Positions 1 through 8,928 are shown, counted from the stretch's first letter. The stretch: DNA of 50,284 bases from an uncultured Candidatus Bathyarchaeia archaeon (GCA_964347825.1 CAYFZQ010000003.1:1-50284), one strand, 5' to 3'. Notes: generated by a model not told the origin, from the sequence alone. Numbers and translations are program-made.

Positions 1-157
1 CAAGGTGATTGAAGAGGAGTCCGGTTCCGCATCCCAAATCTAGTATCAGGCTACCGCGTCCAACGTGTAGGTCGCTCAACGCTACACTGATTTTCTCTTC
101 TTGTTCTTCAGCGTATTGTAAATCGTATGTTGGGGCGATTCGACTGTAGTGCCGCAT
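1..157 (-). CDS. Class I SAM-dependent methyltransferase, N-terminal fragment (gene runs off the left edge)
   Basis: Not in the ORF track because it is short at the edge. A reverse-strand ATG at 157-155 opens MRHYSRIAPTYDLQYAEEQEEKISVALSDLHVGRGSLILDLGCGTGLLFNHL. This places the Rossmann methyltransferase motif I (LDLGCGTG) at the usual distance from the N-terminus. Confidence 0.55.
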   Translation of the reverse strand, partial: MRHYSRIAPTYDLQYAEEQEEKISVALSDLHVGRGSLILDLGCGTGLLFNHL

Positions 158-245
158 GACTTTGCGTTTCTTGTCCCACGCCGGCATCTCTGCTCAGAAG
201 TTTTATCTGCATTTGTCCGTTTGTAAAGGTTGTTGGCGTATTGCC

Positions 246-1025
246 GTGAACCGAAATTCCACCATCACTCTAGAACAACCAAGCCTGGAAGACGCGTGGA
301 AGTTGGTCAGAGAAGCGCTTTCTGAACGTAGGACGCTCTTGATTGTTGGGAACTGCTGGGTCGATTACAAAGGCAGAGCGCGGTCCAAGTTGGAACCTGG
401 CGAGCGCATCATAGTTATCAAGGAGGATGGCTCTGTTCTGGTTCATCGCCCGTATGGCTATGAGCCGGTGAACTGGCAACCGCCCGGCTGCTTGTTTCAA
501 AGCCGTTTGGATGGAGATACATTAAAGATAAGGGCCATTCGACAGAAGCCTGCTGAATCAATCAATCTCGTTTTTGATCAGGTTGGACTTGTTTCCGCTT
601 TGCGCTTGGTGGATACTGGCAGGTTTTCTCTCTATGCAAGTGAAGAAGACATGCAGAAGGCGATTCTGCTCGAACCTTCGCTTCTTGAGCCGTACTTCAG
701 ACCAATCTCATATGAGAAGAAAGTGGAGCCTGGCTTCATTGATGTGTACGGAACAGATGAGAAAGGACGGTTTGTGGTGGTAGAGATCAAGAGGAAGACT
801 GCAGGGCGAAAGGCCGCTTTGCAGTTAGCCAAGTACGTAGAAGCGATCAGGGGGATGGTGAAACGAGACGTCCGAGGAATTTTGGCTGCTCCCCGTTTGG
901 GCAAGAATGTGCAGAGATTACTGATGAGCCTAGAGTTGGACTTCAAAGCTTTGGACCCGAAGAAGTGTGCCGAGATTCTGACGCGCTCCCGGACGCGGAA
1001 GTTGGCAGACTTCTTCCAAAATTAG
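246..1025 (+). CDS. nucS: Endonuclease NucS / EndoMS (mismatch-specific, RecB-like nuclease)
   Basis: ORF 156..1025. The N-terminal half (PSLEDAWKL..., GRARSKLEPGERIIVIKEDGSVLVHRP...PVNWQPPG) and the C-terminal VVVEIKRK nuclease core match NucS. GTG at 246 gives the usual length of about 259 aa. ATG 156 would overlap the divergent methyltransferase start. Confidence 0.85.
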   Translation: MNRNSTITLEQPSLEDAWKLVREALSERRTLLIVGNCWVDYKGRARSKLEPGERIIVIKEDGSVLVHRPYGYEPVNWQPPGCLFQSRLDGDTLKIRAIRQKPAESINLVFDQVGLVSALRLVDTGRFSLYASEEDMQKAILLEPSLLEPYFRPISYEKKVEPGFIDVYGTDEKGRFVVVEIKRKTAGRKAALQLAKYVEAIRGMVKRDVRGILAAPRLGKNVQRLLMSLELDFKALDPKKCAEILTRSRTRKLADFFQN

Positions 1026-1121
1026 CAAATTCTGCTATGTTGCATTCTTCGGAAATCTGCATCTCGGCGTCGAAAACAGGAGAGTTGCTTGCAGCAGCAT
1101 GCACGCATGCGGAGCTCAATC

Positions 1122-1128
1122 TTTAATA
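1122..1128 (+). promoter_or_regulatory. TATA-box-like element (TTTAATA) upstream of tRNA-Ser
   Basis: AT-rich heptamer centred about 31 nt upstream of the first tRNA nucleotide, which is typical archaeal promoter spacing. Confidence 0.35.
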
Positions 1129-1155
1129 GCAGTACGATTTCTTTGGTTTGTAGTC

Positions 1156-1257
1156 GCCGGGATGGCAGAGTGGACTATCGCGCAGGCCTTGAGACGAAGA
1201 CAAGAGAGCCTGTGGACCTCTTGGTCCGCATGGGTTCAAATCCCATTCCCGGCGCCA
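1156..1257 (+). tRNA. tRNA-Ser(UGA), class II, with a 13-nt intron (1194..1206) and encoded CCA
   Basis: Acceptor GCCGGGA pairs with TCCCGGC, followed by discriminator G and CCA. T arm is ATGGG-TTCAAAT-CCCAT. Anticodon stem is CAGGC/GCCTG with the loop CT-TGA-G interrupted after position 37. Long variable arm is GGACC-TCTT-GGTCC. Intron CAAG pairs with CTTG of the loop, leaving AGA bulges on both strands (a relaxed bulge-helix-bulge). Confidence 0.85.
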
Positions 1258-1339
1258 GTCAACACAAACAATGCGTGCGCCGCGTTTTCGATATCGATCT
1301 GCAATCCATGACGCTGTTGCAGACTGCCTGATTTTCTCT

Positions 1340-2503
1340 TCATTGTATAACCGAGTGATACCAGTTGATTATGTATTCTGGCAGTTTGAGGCCCCGCTCA
1401 CTAAGTCGTTCAGCGAGCTTAACGGGTAGAGGGCTTAAGACGTAGGCCGCGCGCATATAGAACCGCCTAGGCTGGCCCAGCTTGGCCTCTTCTTCCAAGG
1501 TGATTCGGAAGTCTGCCCTTTGGGCTAAGGTTGAGTCCTTTGTTCCGGTAATCGCCAAGACGATTCCTTTGAGTTTCTTGAATACATCGCACCAGACAAT
1601 CACGGGCTTTGTTTCTCCGGAAAATGATAGCAAAATCTCGAGATCTCCTGCCCTTGGGTGTGGCGTGTTGACGCCTCGGGCGATGTAGACGTTGTCGCCC
1701 ATGAACCCTTTGATGTGGAAGAGTCGGACGCCGGTCATCTTGGCGATCTCGTTTGCTGTGCCCTTTCCCCCGAGGAAGACATTGGTCCGTCGCTCCAATA
1801 CATCAACAAGTTGTGAGTATGATTCTGACTCCACATTCGTGTCGATCATTGGTCCTAGCTTGGAGAATTCCTCCTCACACAGCCGAAACACGTCGGCAAC
1901 CTCTAGGTTCCGGAAGATCGCCTCGGTCATCATGCATAAAAGGAGGAGACTCCCCAGCTCGAACATGTCACCCATTATCCCTATCTCGCTATACTCAAAA
2001 GAGGGCTTCGACTTGCCTCGGCCTTTGAGGGCAACGACGTGTCCGTGTTTGTTGACGATCTGAGCCAGAGGAGAGTTCACGTTGGAGGTTATGAGGCCCA
2101 TCGAAGACTTGGTCGTCTTCTTGTCCTCAATGTATCGTGCCAGATCTTGAGCCATGGACAGGGGATCACCAGAGAGGCCGCTGCCAGAAGCTATCAGCAG
2201 CAGGATTCTCTTGTATCGCCGCTCAAGCTCCGCTGCGGCATCGTACATGTTTTTGCCGGGAAACCCTGGATCGTCAGGCGTCAGTACGACTTTGTTCCTC
2301 CAGCCGATTTGGCTCATCGCTATCTGGCTCATCGCCGCATTAAGCGAAAACATGGACCTGCCAGACCCGCCGCAGACCACACAATTGGCAGACTTCAGGT
2401 CTTCATACAGAGGCAGCAGTTTCTTTTTCCTCACACCAAGAAGGTTATGCCTGATTCGGTTGACATACCCTACGTGGCTGATCTTGTCTTTCATCGCCCG
2501 CAC
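1340..2503 (-). CDS. Double SIS-domain (sugar phosphate isomerase/binding) protein
   Basis: 387 aa with two SIS-like halves (VVCGGSGRS...LLLIASGSG and FLGGKGTA...LLSFSGET). The specific substrate is not inferable. Confidence 0.5.
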   Translation of the reverse strand: MRAMKDKISHVGYVNRIRHNLLGVRKKKLLPLYEDLKSANCVVCGGSGRSMFSLNAAMSQIAMSQIGWRNKVVLTPDDPGFPGKNMYDAAAELERRYKRILLLIASGSGLSGDPLSMAQDLARYIEDKKTTKSSMGLITSNVNSPLAQIVNKHGHVVALKGRGKSKPSFEYSEIGIMGDMFELGSLLLLCMMTEAIFRNLEVADVFRLCEEEFSKLGPMIDTNVESESYSQLVDVLERRTNVFLGGKGTANEIAKMTGVRLFHIKGFMGDNVYIARGVNTPHPRAGDLEILLSFSGETKPVIVWCDVFKKLKGIVLAITGTKDSTLAQRADFRITLEEEAKLGQPRRFYMRAAYVLSPLPVKLAERLSERGLKLPEYIINWYHSVIQ

Positions 2504-2693
2504 ACCTCACTTAGCGAGTTTTTCCAGCAGTCTAGATCTTAGACCATGCCCGCATATATCATTTGGTCAGATAACCTGGGCGTTCTTTGCATTTCTCCGG
2601 AAACAACCATGACAACTTGTGCCCCATGAATATCGCGGGATCGGACTGCAGAAACAGCTCCTGACGCGCACTCTTCGGAGCTCGGTTTGGAGC

Positions 2694-4076
2694 CTAGATC
2701 CGCTTGCCCCATTCCGCTTTGTGAGCTAAGGCTTTCGAGTAGGCTCTTAACACCCGTAATGCCTGAGCAGCCTTCTCGGGGGAATTGTAGATGGGAACAT
2801 GCGTCTCACCGAGGGCTTTGTGGACAATTTGGAAATCTTCTCCGCCTCCTGGAACGTCGACAAGGGGTTTGTCTGGATGTCTCTTGGAAGCTGCCACGAT
2901 TGCGTCCGCATCTTCTTGTTCGAAAAAGCAGGACTTCAGCATGTTTATGACCAAGACTCCGTCAACGTTCGGGTCTGATAAAACGCTGTCCAGTGCAACT
3001 GAATATCGTTCGGCTCTGGCATCTGCCACTAAATCTATTGGATTCAGCACATCGACTCCAGGATATTGACGTTCTATCTCATGGCGAGTCTTGTTCGATA
3101 GTTGAGCCAATTTCAAGCCGGTCCTTATGACTGCGTCAGCGGCTAGAATGGCTGGTCCACCGACGTTGCTGACTACAGCGATGTTATCTCCCTTCAACGG
3201 AGGCTGCTTTGCCAAGGCTATAGCGGCGTTGAGGAGTTCTTCAATGTCTCTTACGCGTATGATTCCTGCTTTTTTGAAGGCGGCTTCAAAGACGGCGTCT
3301 GAGCCGACCATGGAGGTCGTATGGGACAAGGCCCTTCGTGCTGCTTCTTTCGTGGTGCCGCCCTTTAGGGCTAGGATAGGTTTTTTCTTCACAACCTCTC
3401 GGGCGGTTCGTATGAATTCTCGGCCGTCTCCGATTCCTTCCAAGTATGTGCAGATCACTCTTGTCTCGGGATCTTCCTTCAGATATTGCAGAAGGTCTAT
3501 ATCGTCGACGTCTATCTTGTCGCCGGTGAAGGCAAACTTGCTGATGCCAATTCCGTAATGGCAGGCCCAGTCAAGGATGCAGGCGCCTACGCCTCCACTT
3601 TGAGCGATGACCGAGATGCTCCCTTGGCAGGGCATCAGATCTTTCTCAAATGTCGTGTTTAGCCCATTTGCCGTGTTGATTACTCCTAGAATCGTGTTTG
3701 GGCCGAGTATTCGGATGCCGTGCTCTCTTCTGAGGTTTCGCAGCTTCTGACGGTGGTGGTCCTTGTATCCGCCCGTTAGGGCTACTACCGCTTTCACTCC
3801 TATCTCGGCGCAGGCCTCTGATTGGCGGGTGGATTGATCGGCTGGGAGCATGGTTACTGCGAGGTCTGGGGTTTCCGGCAGGTCTTCAAGTGTCTTGCAG
3901 CCCATTTCGCCTTCGGTGTCCAGAATGTAGGTCTTTCCCTTGAAGAAGTGTCGCATATTGTGGATGACGTTCTTGAAGAGTTGTGGAGAACTCATTCCGA
4001 CTTCTTGCTTGATCCTACTTGAACCGATCAGTACAACGGTATTTGGCTCGAAGAGGCTTCTTGCCTGGTTCATCAA
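2694..4076 (-). CDS. acdA: Acetate--CoA ligase (ADP-forming), alpha subunit / CoA-binding domain protein
   Basis: 460 aa. It has an N-terminal CoA-binding Rossmann fold (VVLIGSS), GPNT.LGVIN, VIAQSGGVG, and a phosphohistidine-type segment LSHTTSMVGSD. No beta/ATP-grasp subunit lies adjacent. Confidence 0.75.
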   Translation of the reverse strand: MMNQARSLFEPNTVVLIGSSRIKQEVGMSSPQLFKNVIHNMRHFFKGKTYILDTEGEMGCKTLEDLPETPDLAVTMLPADQSTRQSEACAEIGVKAVVALTGGYKDHHRQKLRNLRREHGIRILGPNTILGVINTANGLNTTFEKDLMPCQGSISVIAQSGGVGACILDWACHYGIGISKFAFTGDKIDVDDIDLLQYLKEDPETRVICTYLEGIGDGREFIRTAREVVKKKPILALKGGTTKEAARRALSHTTSMVGSDAVFEAAFKKAGIIRVRDIEELLNAAIALAKQPPLKGDNIAVVSNVGGPAILAADAVIRTGLKLAQLSNKTRHEIERQYPGVDVLNPIDLVADARAERYSVALDSVLSDPNVDGVLVINMLKSCFFEQEDADAIVAASKRHPDKPLVDVPGGGEDFQIVHKALGETHVPIYNSPEKAAQALRVLRAYSKALAHKAEWGKRI

Positions 4077-4170
4077 GCGTCAACTCACGCAGCAGTCAAG
4101 CGTTGGAGATGAAGATAAGAGAGAAGCAATTTCTCGTTATTATTCTTAGCGAATGGTATGAATCAACGTT

Positions 4171-5478
4171 CTATCTGGAGAGAAGGTTTTGAGCCGTCTT
4201 TTTGGCCTTTTCTAAGATTTCCGCCTCGTCTAACGTCTTCACCTCTCGGTCTTCCATTACTACTTCACCGTCAATGATCACGGTGTCTACGTCGCTGCCG
4301 CTCGCCGAATAGACAATGCTTGCGTAAGGGTCATGGATCGGCGTCAGGTGGGGTTTTTCGAGGTCAACGAGGATGATGTCGGCCTTCTTGCCGACCTCCA
4401 AAGAACCTATGGACTTCTCTAGCCCCAAGGCCCTCGCTCCGTCAATCGTTGCCATTCTCAGTCCGGTTGACGCAGGCAACACTGTCGGATCGTGATAATG
4501 TTGTTTCTGAAGCAGGGCGCCAATCTTTACTGTCTGAAGCAGGTCGAGACTGTTGTTGCTTGCCGGTCCGTCTGAGCCGAATCCTACTATAAGGCCTGCT
4601 TCCAGAAGGTCGTGGATTCTGGGCGTGCCCTGGGCGAGTTTCATATTGGCAACTGGGTTGTAGGAAATCTTCACACCGTGTTTGGCGAGTGTGGCCATTT
4701 CTTGATCGGATAGATGGATGCAGTGGGCCGCGAGGACATCCGAGTCTAGAAAGCCGAGACCTTCCAGGAGTTGGACCTCCGAGAGGCCGTGTTCCGTCTT
4801 GATCTGCCTTGCCAACTCTAATGATTCAGCCAAGTGAATGTGTATTCCCACCTTGAGTTCAGTCGCTATCCGCCGCACCTCTTTCAGAAGCTCGGGGCTA
4901 CATGAGTAGACCGCATGAGGCCCTAGACGAGGGATGACGCCTCCATCTGCCCGAGTCTTGAAGCGCTTCACGAAGTCGACGGAGTCTCTGAAGATTCTCT
5001 CGTCCATATCTTTGTTGCCAGTCTCTATCACAGCTTGGGACAAGACAGCTCGCAGCCCGGCTTCTTCCACGGCTTCGGCAACCTTGTCTTCATGGAAGTA
5101 CATGTCGACGAAGGTTGTTGTGCCAGTCTTTAGCATTTCGAGACAGCCTAGCAAGGCACCAGTGTAGACGTCTTCCGGCTGGAGTTTTGCTTCCAGAGGC
5201 CAGATCGTCTCTCTCAGCCAAGTTTGCAGGGGTTGGTCTTCCGCGATCCCCCGGAAGAGCGTCATGGACAGGTGGGTGTGACAGTTGATTAGGCCTGGTA
5301 AGGCGATTTTCCCTCGGCCATCAATAGTTTTCGTAGCTTCTATTCGGGCTGCAGCATCTCTTCTTCCTACGTGGGTTATCCGGCCATGCTTCACCGTGAT
5401 TATGCCTTCTTTTATGATACCGTCAGAATGCATGGGAAGGATCATGCAGTTTTGAATTAGCGTATCTACTTCTTCCAA
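4171..5478 (-). CDS. mtaD: Amidohydrolase, 5-methylthioadenosine/S-adenosylhomocysteine deaminase-like
   Basis: 435 aa. It carries the metal-binding LINCHTHLSMTLFRG motif, later HLAES and GSDG motifs, and has the overall length of the MtaD/DadD/guanine-deaminase-like clade. Confidence 0.7.
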   Translation of the reverse strand: MEEVDTLIQNCMILPMHSDGIIKEGIITVKHGRITHVGRRDAAARIEATKTIDGRGKIALPGLINCHTHLSMTLFRGIAEDQPLQTWLRETIWPLEAKLQPEDVYTGALLGCLEMLKTGTTTFVDMYFHEDKVAEAVEEAGLRAVLSQAVIETGNKDMDERIFRDSVDFVKRFKTRADGGVIPRLGPHAVYSCSPELLKEVRRIATELKVGIHIHLAESLELARQIKTEHGLSEVQLLEGLGFLDSDVLAAHCIHLSDQEMATLAKHGVKISYNPVANMKLAQGTPRIHDLLEAGLIVGFGSDGPASNNSLDLLQTVKIGALLQKQHYHDPTVLPASTGLRMATIDGARALGLEKSIGSLEVGKKADIILVDLEKPHLTPIHDPYASIVYSASGSDVDTVIIDGEVVMEDREVKTLDEAEILEKAKKTAQNLLSR

Positions 5479-5661
5479 CTTGACACCCTTTGAGGATCTT
5501 ACCTCGATAGCGAATACTTGTGAGAAAGTAGGAGTGCAATGGATTTAGGTTTTGCTTGGAACAGAATCTTTCTGTTTGTTGTTAGGAAATGGTGCGCGAC
5601 CCAAGAAGCAAACATATAAACTGAAAGACGGACACACTCTAGACGAGTCCACGAGAGGAAG

Positions 5662-6504
5662 CTGAGACAAACGACAAAGTGCCAGAAATGTGGCGAGGAC
5701 GTCACATTACCCTTCAAGTGCCAATTCTGCGATCAGTATTACTGCCCCCAACATCGACTGCCAGAGAATCATGACTGCCCAGAATACTGGAAAGCCTTAA
5801 CCCCTCGAAGAGAAACGCCGACGTTCACTCTCGAAAGAACACCAAAAGAACCATCCTACGAGCACACAATCACCTACACACCTCAACCAAAGAACAGAAT
5901 CTTCTGGTTCAGCCCCACCGAACTCAAGCATCTCATCCTCAGCGCCCTACTAGTTACAGGCGTCGGCTTGTCAATCTTCATAACATGGGGCGGCGCAACA
6001 GCCCTGCTGAATATTGAGCCACTATTTCTAATCAGCTTGGCCACAGTCTTCACGTCGGTCTATCTGCTACACGAACTTGCCCACAAAGCCGTGGCTCAAC
6101 ACTATGGGCTTTGGGCAGAATTCCGCCTGACAATTTTCGGGGCCCTCATTACACTGCTCTCCATATTCTCTCCGATCAAGCTGATTTCTCCAGGAGTCGT
6201 GCTCATCGCGGGTCCCATGGGTAGAGAGACGGCTGGCAAGACCGCACTCGCCGGACCAGGAACAAATCTCCTCCTCTCGCTGGCATCTCTGATATTTGTG
6301 CTTTCTCCGATAAGCGGGTTTCTGGCGGAGTTAGCGTTGTTGAGTGCCGCCTTTAACGCGTGGATAGCCCTCTTCAATCTCATTCCCTTCGCAATCATGG
6401 ATGGCTTGAAAGTATTTAGATGGAACAAGCTAGTCTGGGCTGCGACATGCACTGCGTCACTAGCGTTGACAGTCTACACTCTTATGATGACAGGAGTATT
6501 GTAG
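5662..6504 (+). CDS. AN1-type zinc finger fused to an M50 (site-2 protease-like) membrane metalloprotease; start codon unresolved
   Basis: The frame is open from 5620 to 6504. AN1 pattern: C-QK-C-x9-C-QF-C-x4-C-PQ-H-x5-H-D-C (5680..5780). Downstream are transmembrane helices with HELAH (HExxH) and FNLIPFAIMDG (the NxxPxxxxDG motif of S2P). The track ORF begins only at TTG 5968. No ATG, GTG or TTG exists between the stop at 5617-5619 and the first Cys codon, so 5662 (CTG) is a placeholder. Confidence 0.7.
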   Translation: MRQTTKCQKCGEDVTLPFKCQFCDQYYCPQHRLPENHDCPEYWKALTPRRETPTFTLERTPKEPSYEHTITYTPQPKNRIFWFSPTELKHLILSALLVTGVGLSIFITWGGATALLNIEPLFLISLATVFTSVYLLHELAHKAVAQHYGLWAEFRLTIFGALITLLSIFSPIKLISPGVVLIAGPMGRETAGKTALAGPGTNLLLSLASLIFVLSPISGFLAELALLSAAFNAWIALFNLIPFAIMDGLKVFRWNKLVWAATCTASLALTVYTLMMTGVL

Positions 6505-6543
6505 ACATCGTCCACGGGATGCTGAGTACTCAAAACACTGCAG

Positions 6544-6852
6544 CTACATCAGTTCTATACTTACAAAAACCTCTTCTGGAACTCGAATCCGCATTATTCG
6601 CCTCATGACACGCTCCTCAGCGTCAATATCGATGAGACGTTTGTGGATGCGCATCTCCCACTTGTCCCATGTAGCGGTTCCTTCGCCACATGGGGTCTTG
6701 CGAACGGGAACTCGAAGTCGCTTGGTTGGAAGGGGAATAGGGCCGGTCATCTTGACGCCGGTCTTCTCAGCGATGGCCTTCAGTTCTCCGCACACATTTT
6801 CAAGCTTGTGGTAATCGGTACTGGTCAACTTGATCCGCGCTTTTCTTACCAT
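6544..6852 (-). CDS. rps10: 30S ribosomal protein S10 (uS10)
   Basis: 102 aa reading [14 protein letters not shown]...[12 protein letters not shown]...[15 protein letters not shown], a full-length uS10 pattern. Confidence 0.95.
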   Translation of the reverse strand: MVRKARIKLTSTDYHKLENVCGELKAIAEKTGVKMTGPIPLPTKRLRVPVRKTPCGEGTATWDKWEMRIHKRLIDIDAEERVMRRIMRIRVPEEVFVSIELM

Positions 6853-6936
6853 CGCTGCGTTTTCTCCAAGTGTTGGTTCTATCCAAAAAAACCGACGTCT
6901 TAAATATGTTTTGTCATGGATCTTCCAAAAATGTGG

Positions 6937-7143
6937 TTACCGTGTCCGTTCGCCAGTGAGGGTCTTGGTCTGCCACGCATATCGCCTAACGGTCGTTGAC
7001 GCTCCATAGCCACAAGCTGAGCACCGTTTCTCCTTGACATTATACGCTCTTCTGCCACACCGCCTGCAGCGGATGTGACCAGTCTTTCTTCCCCGTTTCC
7101 CAAAAGAAGACGTACCTTTACTGATTTTTCCCACAGACTTCAC
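6937..7143 (-). CDS. rpl37e: 50S ribosomal protein L37e (eL37)
   Basis: KGTSSFGKRGRKTGHIRCRRCGRRAYNVKEKRCSACGYG is the eL37 zinc-ribbon signature. The GTG start overlaps the LSm stop (GTGA). Confidence 0.9.
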   Translation of the reverse strand: MKSVGKISKGTSSFGKRGRKTGHIRCRRCGRRAYNVKEKRCSACGYGASTTVRRYAWQTKTLTGERTR

Positions 7144-7367
7144 CCAGGTGGTGGGGAAATTATCACGACATTGTCTCCTCGTACGATGATAGAACCCAGC
7201 TTCTTCACCGTTTCAACATCTGTGGTATCCTCTGTTTCTTCAAGCACCAAGTTGAGGTGCTGATCGAACCCTCTGAGCTTTCCTCGAAGACTCTTTCCGC
7301 CTCTCAGTCGCACCAATACGGTCTTCCCGAGACTATCCTCCAGGATTTTAGTGGTCATCTCGCTCAT
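7140..7367 (-). CDS. Sm-like archaeal protein (LSm/SmAP)
   Basis: Sm1/Sm2 motifs are present (VLVRLRGGKSLRGKLRGFDQHLNLVLE...IIVRGDNVVIISP). ATG at 7367 gives 75 aa. The longer track ORF (to 7442) adds an implausible N-terminus. Confidence 0.9.
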   Translation of the reverse strand: MSEMTTKILEDSLGKTVLVRLRGGKSLRGKLRGFDQHLNLVLEETEDTTDVETVKKLGSIIVRGDNVVIISPPPG

Positions 7368-7436
7368 AGTTGCCCTCTCGCTCGTCCAATCAGTTTTGCT
7401 TTTTATAGGTGGTAACGTGCATAATTTAAAGATATT

Positions 7437-7955
7437 GTGCAAGGGATGCTGCTAATGGCACCTGGAGCCTATAAACGGCACTTCCTCAGGGAGAATGAGG
7501 CAAAGCGGATTATTGCTGAAATCTCTAAGAGTCTCAAAGTGAGATCTGAAGAATTGTGGGGATCAAAGCCTGACGTCGAAATAGCAGAGGTTGGGACAGA
7601 TGAGGTCTTCATCATAAACAGCGAACCTGCGTTAGCCAAATCTGGCGAACGCCTGTTTCCCACCTTGGTCTTTGAGAAGCTGCTACGTCTTCTTCCGAAA
7701 GTCGTTGTGGACATGGGTGCCGTTCCGCATATCTGCAATGGAGCCGACGTGATGGCTCCTGGAGTTCTCCGCATTGAGGGCGACTTCAACAAAGAGGAAT
7801 TCGTTCTGATCACGGACGAACACCACGGTAAACCCTTAGCGATAGGTATCGCGCTTTTCGACTCACGAGCCACAGAAAACCGGAAGCAAGGTAAGATAGT
7901 GAAGATAATCCACCATGTGGGCGACAAGCTCTGGGATGCACTGAAGAAGATCTAG
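7437..7955 (+). CDS. PUA-domain RNA-binding protein (MCT-1/Tma20-like)
   Basis: The C-terminal PUA signature HICNGADVMAPGV...GKPLAIGIAL is present. The start is ambiguous (GTG 7437, ATG 7446 or ATG 7455). A TATA-like ATAATTTAAAG around 7421-7431 would favour a near-leaderless ATG at 7455. Confidence 0.7.
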   Translation: MQGMLLMAPGAYKRHFLRENEAKRIIAEISKSLKVRSEELWGSKPDVEIAEVGTDEVFIINSEPALAKSGERLFPTLVFEKLLRLLPKVVVDMGAVPHICNGADVMAPGVLRIEGDFNKEEFVLITDEHHGKPLAIGIALFDSRATENRKQGKIVKIIHHVGDKLWDALKKI

Positions 7956-8070
7956 CGACTCATTCAATGTGCCCTCGATTTCACACAATCCAGAAGAAAA
8001 GCAGCGGGCTTCTAGAGCTTTGTATCAATACTGCTTATATCACAGCGCAAGCTATGGGGTTTGGAATTCA

Positions 8071-8793
8071 ATGATGCAAGTCAAAGCCGTGCTTTTTGAC
8101 CTGTTCGATACCCTACTTTTGCTTGAGGGAGGTGACGCCTTCTATGCGCCCTCCTTGAAGAGGCTTCACGGAATTCTGACTGAGAACGCGATCAACGTTT
8201 CTTTCGACGATTTCCAACGGGTTTATTTTGAGGTGAGGGATGAGCTCTACGCACGATTTGAGAAAAATCTGGAGGACCCGCACTTTCGCGTTCGGGTTTC
8301 TGGAACACTACAGCAACTCGGCTACGATTTTGAGGAATCACATCCAATTGTGGCGGGGGCAGTAAAGGCCTTCGCCGACGAGTTCAAGCGCTACATCACT
8401 CTGGACAGTGATGCCTTGGATGTTCTGCAGAAGTTGCGTCGAAGGTTCAAGTTGGGTATTGTCTCGAATTTCGCTATCCCCGAGTGCGCTTGGCAGTTGC
8501 TTGATCAGTTCGGCCTTAGCGAGTTTTTTGAGGTTGTCTTGATCTCTGCTGAAGTCAACATACGAAAACCTAGTCCCAAGATTTTCGATATGGCGTTGAG
8601 GCTCTTAGGGCTCGAGGCGTCAGAGGCGGTTTTTGTTGGTGATACTCCCGGTCCAGATGTTAAGGGCCCTCGAAACGTTGGAATGGAGGCCGTGCTTATC
8701 GAGAGAAGGCCTATGAAGAGAATTTTGGATGCTGAACCTGACAAAGTCATCAGAAGGCTGAGGGACCTATTAGATGTGCTGGATGTCTGCTAA
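8071..8793 (+). CDS. HAD-superfamily hydrolase (subfamily IA-like)
   Basis: Motif I is AVLFDLFDTLL directly after MMQVK (ATG 8071). Also present are IVSNF, a K in RKPSPKIF, and motif IV VFVGDTP.D. GTG 7969 in the track adds 34 unlikely residues. Confidence 0.7.
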   Translation: MMQVKAVLFDLFDTLLLLEGGDAFYAPSLKRLHGILTENAINVSFDDFQRVYFEVRDELYARFEKNLEDPHFRVRVSGTLQQLGYDFEESHPIVAGAVKAFADEFKRYITLDSDALDVLQKLRRRFKLGIVSNFAIPECAWQLLDQFGLSEFFEVVLISAEVNIRKPSPKIFDMALRLLGLEASEAVFVGDTPGPDVKGPRNVGMEAVLIERRPMKRILDAEPDKVIRRLRDLLDVLDVC

Positions 8794-8928
8794 TTCAGTC
8801 TCGCTGTGTGCACGTACCGTATGCGCGCGCATAGATATCGGTTTTTACCAAATCTTAAAAGTCAAACGCTTCCTAAAGCTAGACCAAAGTGCCTGGCGTT
8901 TGGCACGTCCGTAGGGGCAGCTGAAACA

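Noticed and set aside
1089-1331. Two overlapping plus-strand ORFs (80 and 70 aa)
   Set aside because: They are read through the tRNA-Ser gene (1156..1257). The Arg/Cys-rich translations are not protein-like.
2306-2335. 15-nt tandem duplication (GATTTGGCTCATCGC / TATCTGGCTCATCGC) encoding AMSQI-AMSQI in the SIS protein
   Set aside because: This is a single in-frame duplication within a loop-like region, a trivial slippage event with no further structure.
2678-2690. 13-mer GGAGCTCGGTTTG shared with 15980..15992, both just downstream of minus-strand genes
   Set aside because: By simple counting, tens of chance 13-mer coincidences are expected among all position pairs in a 50-kb window on two strands. 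The distances to the stop codons also differ.
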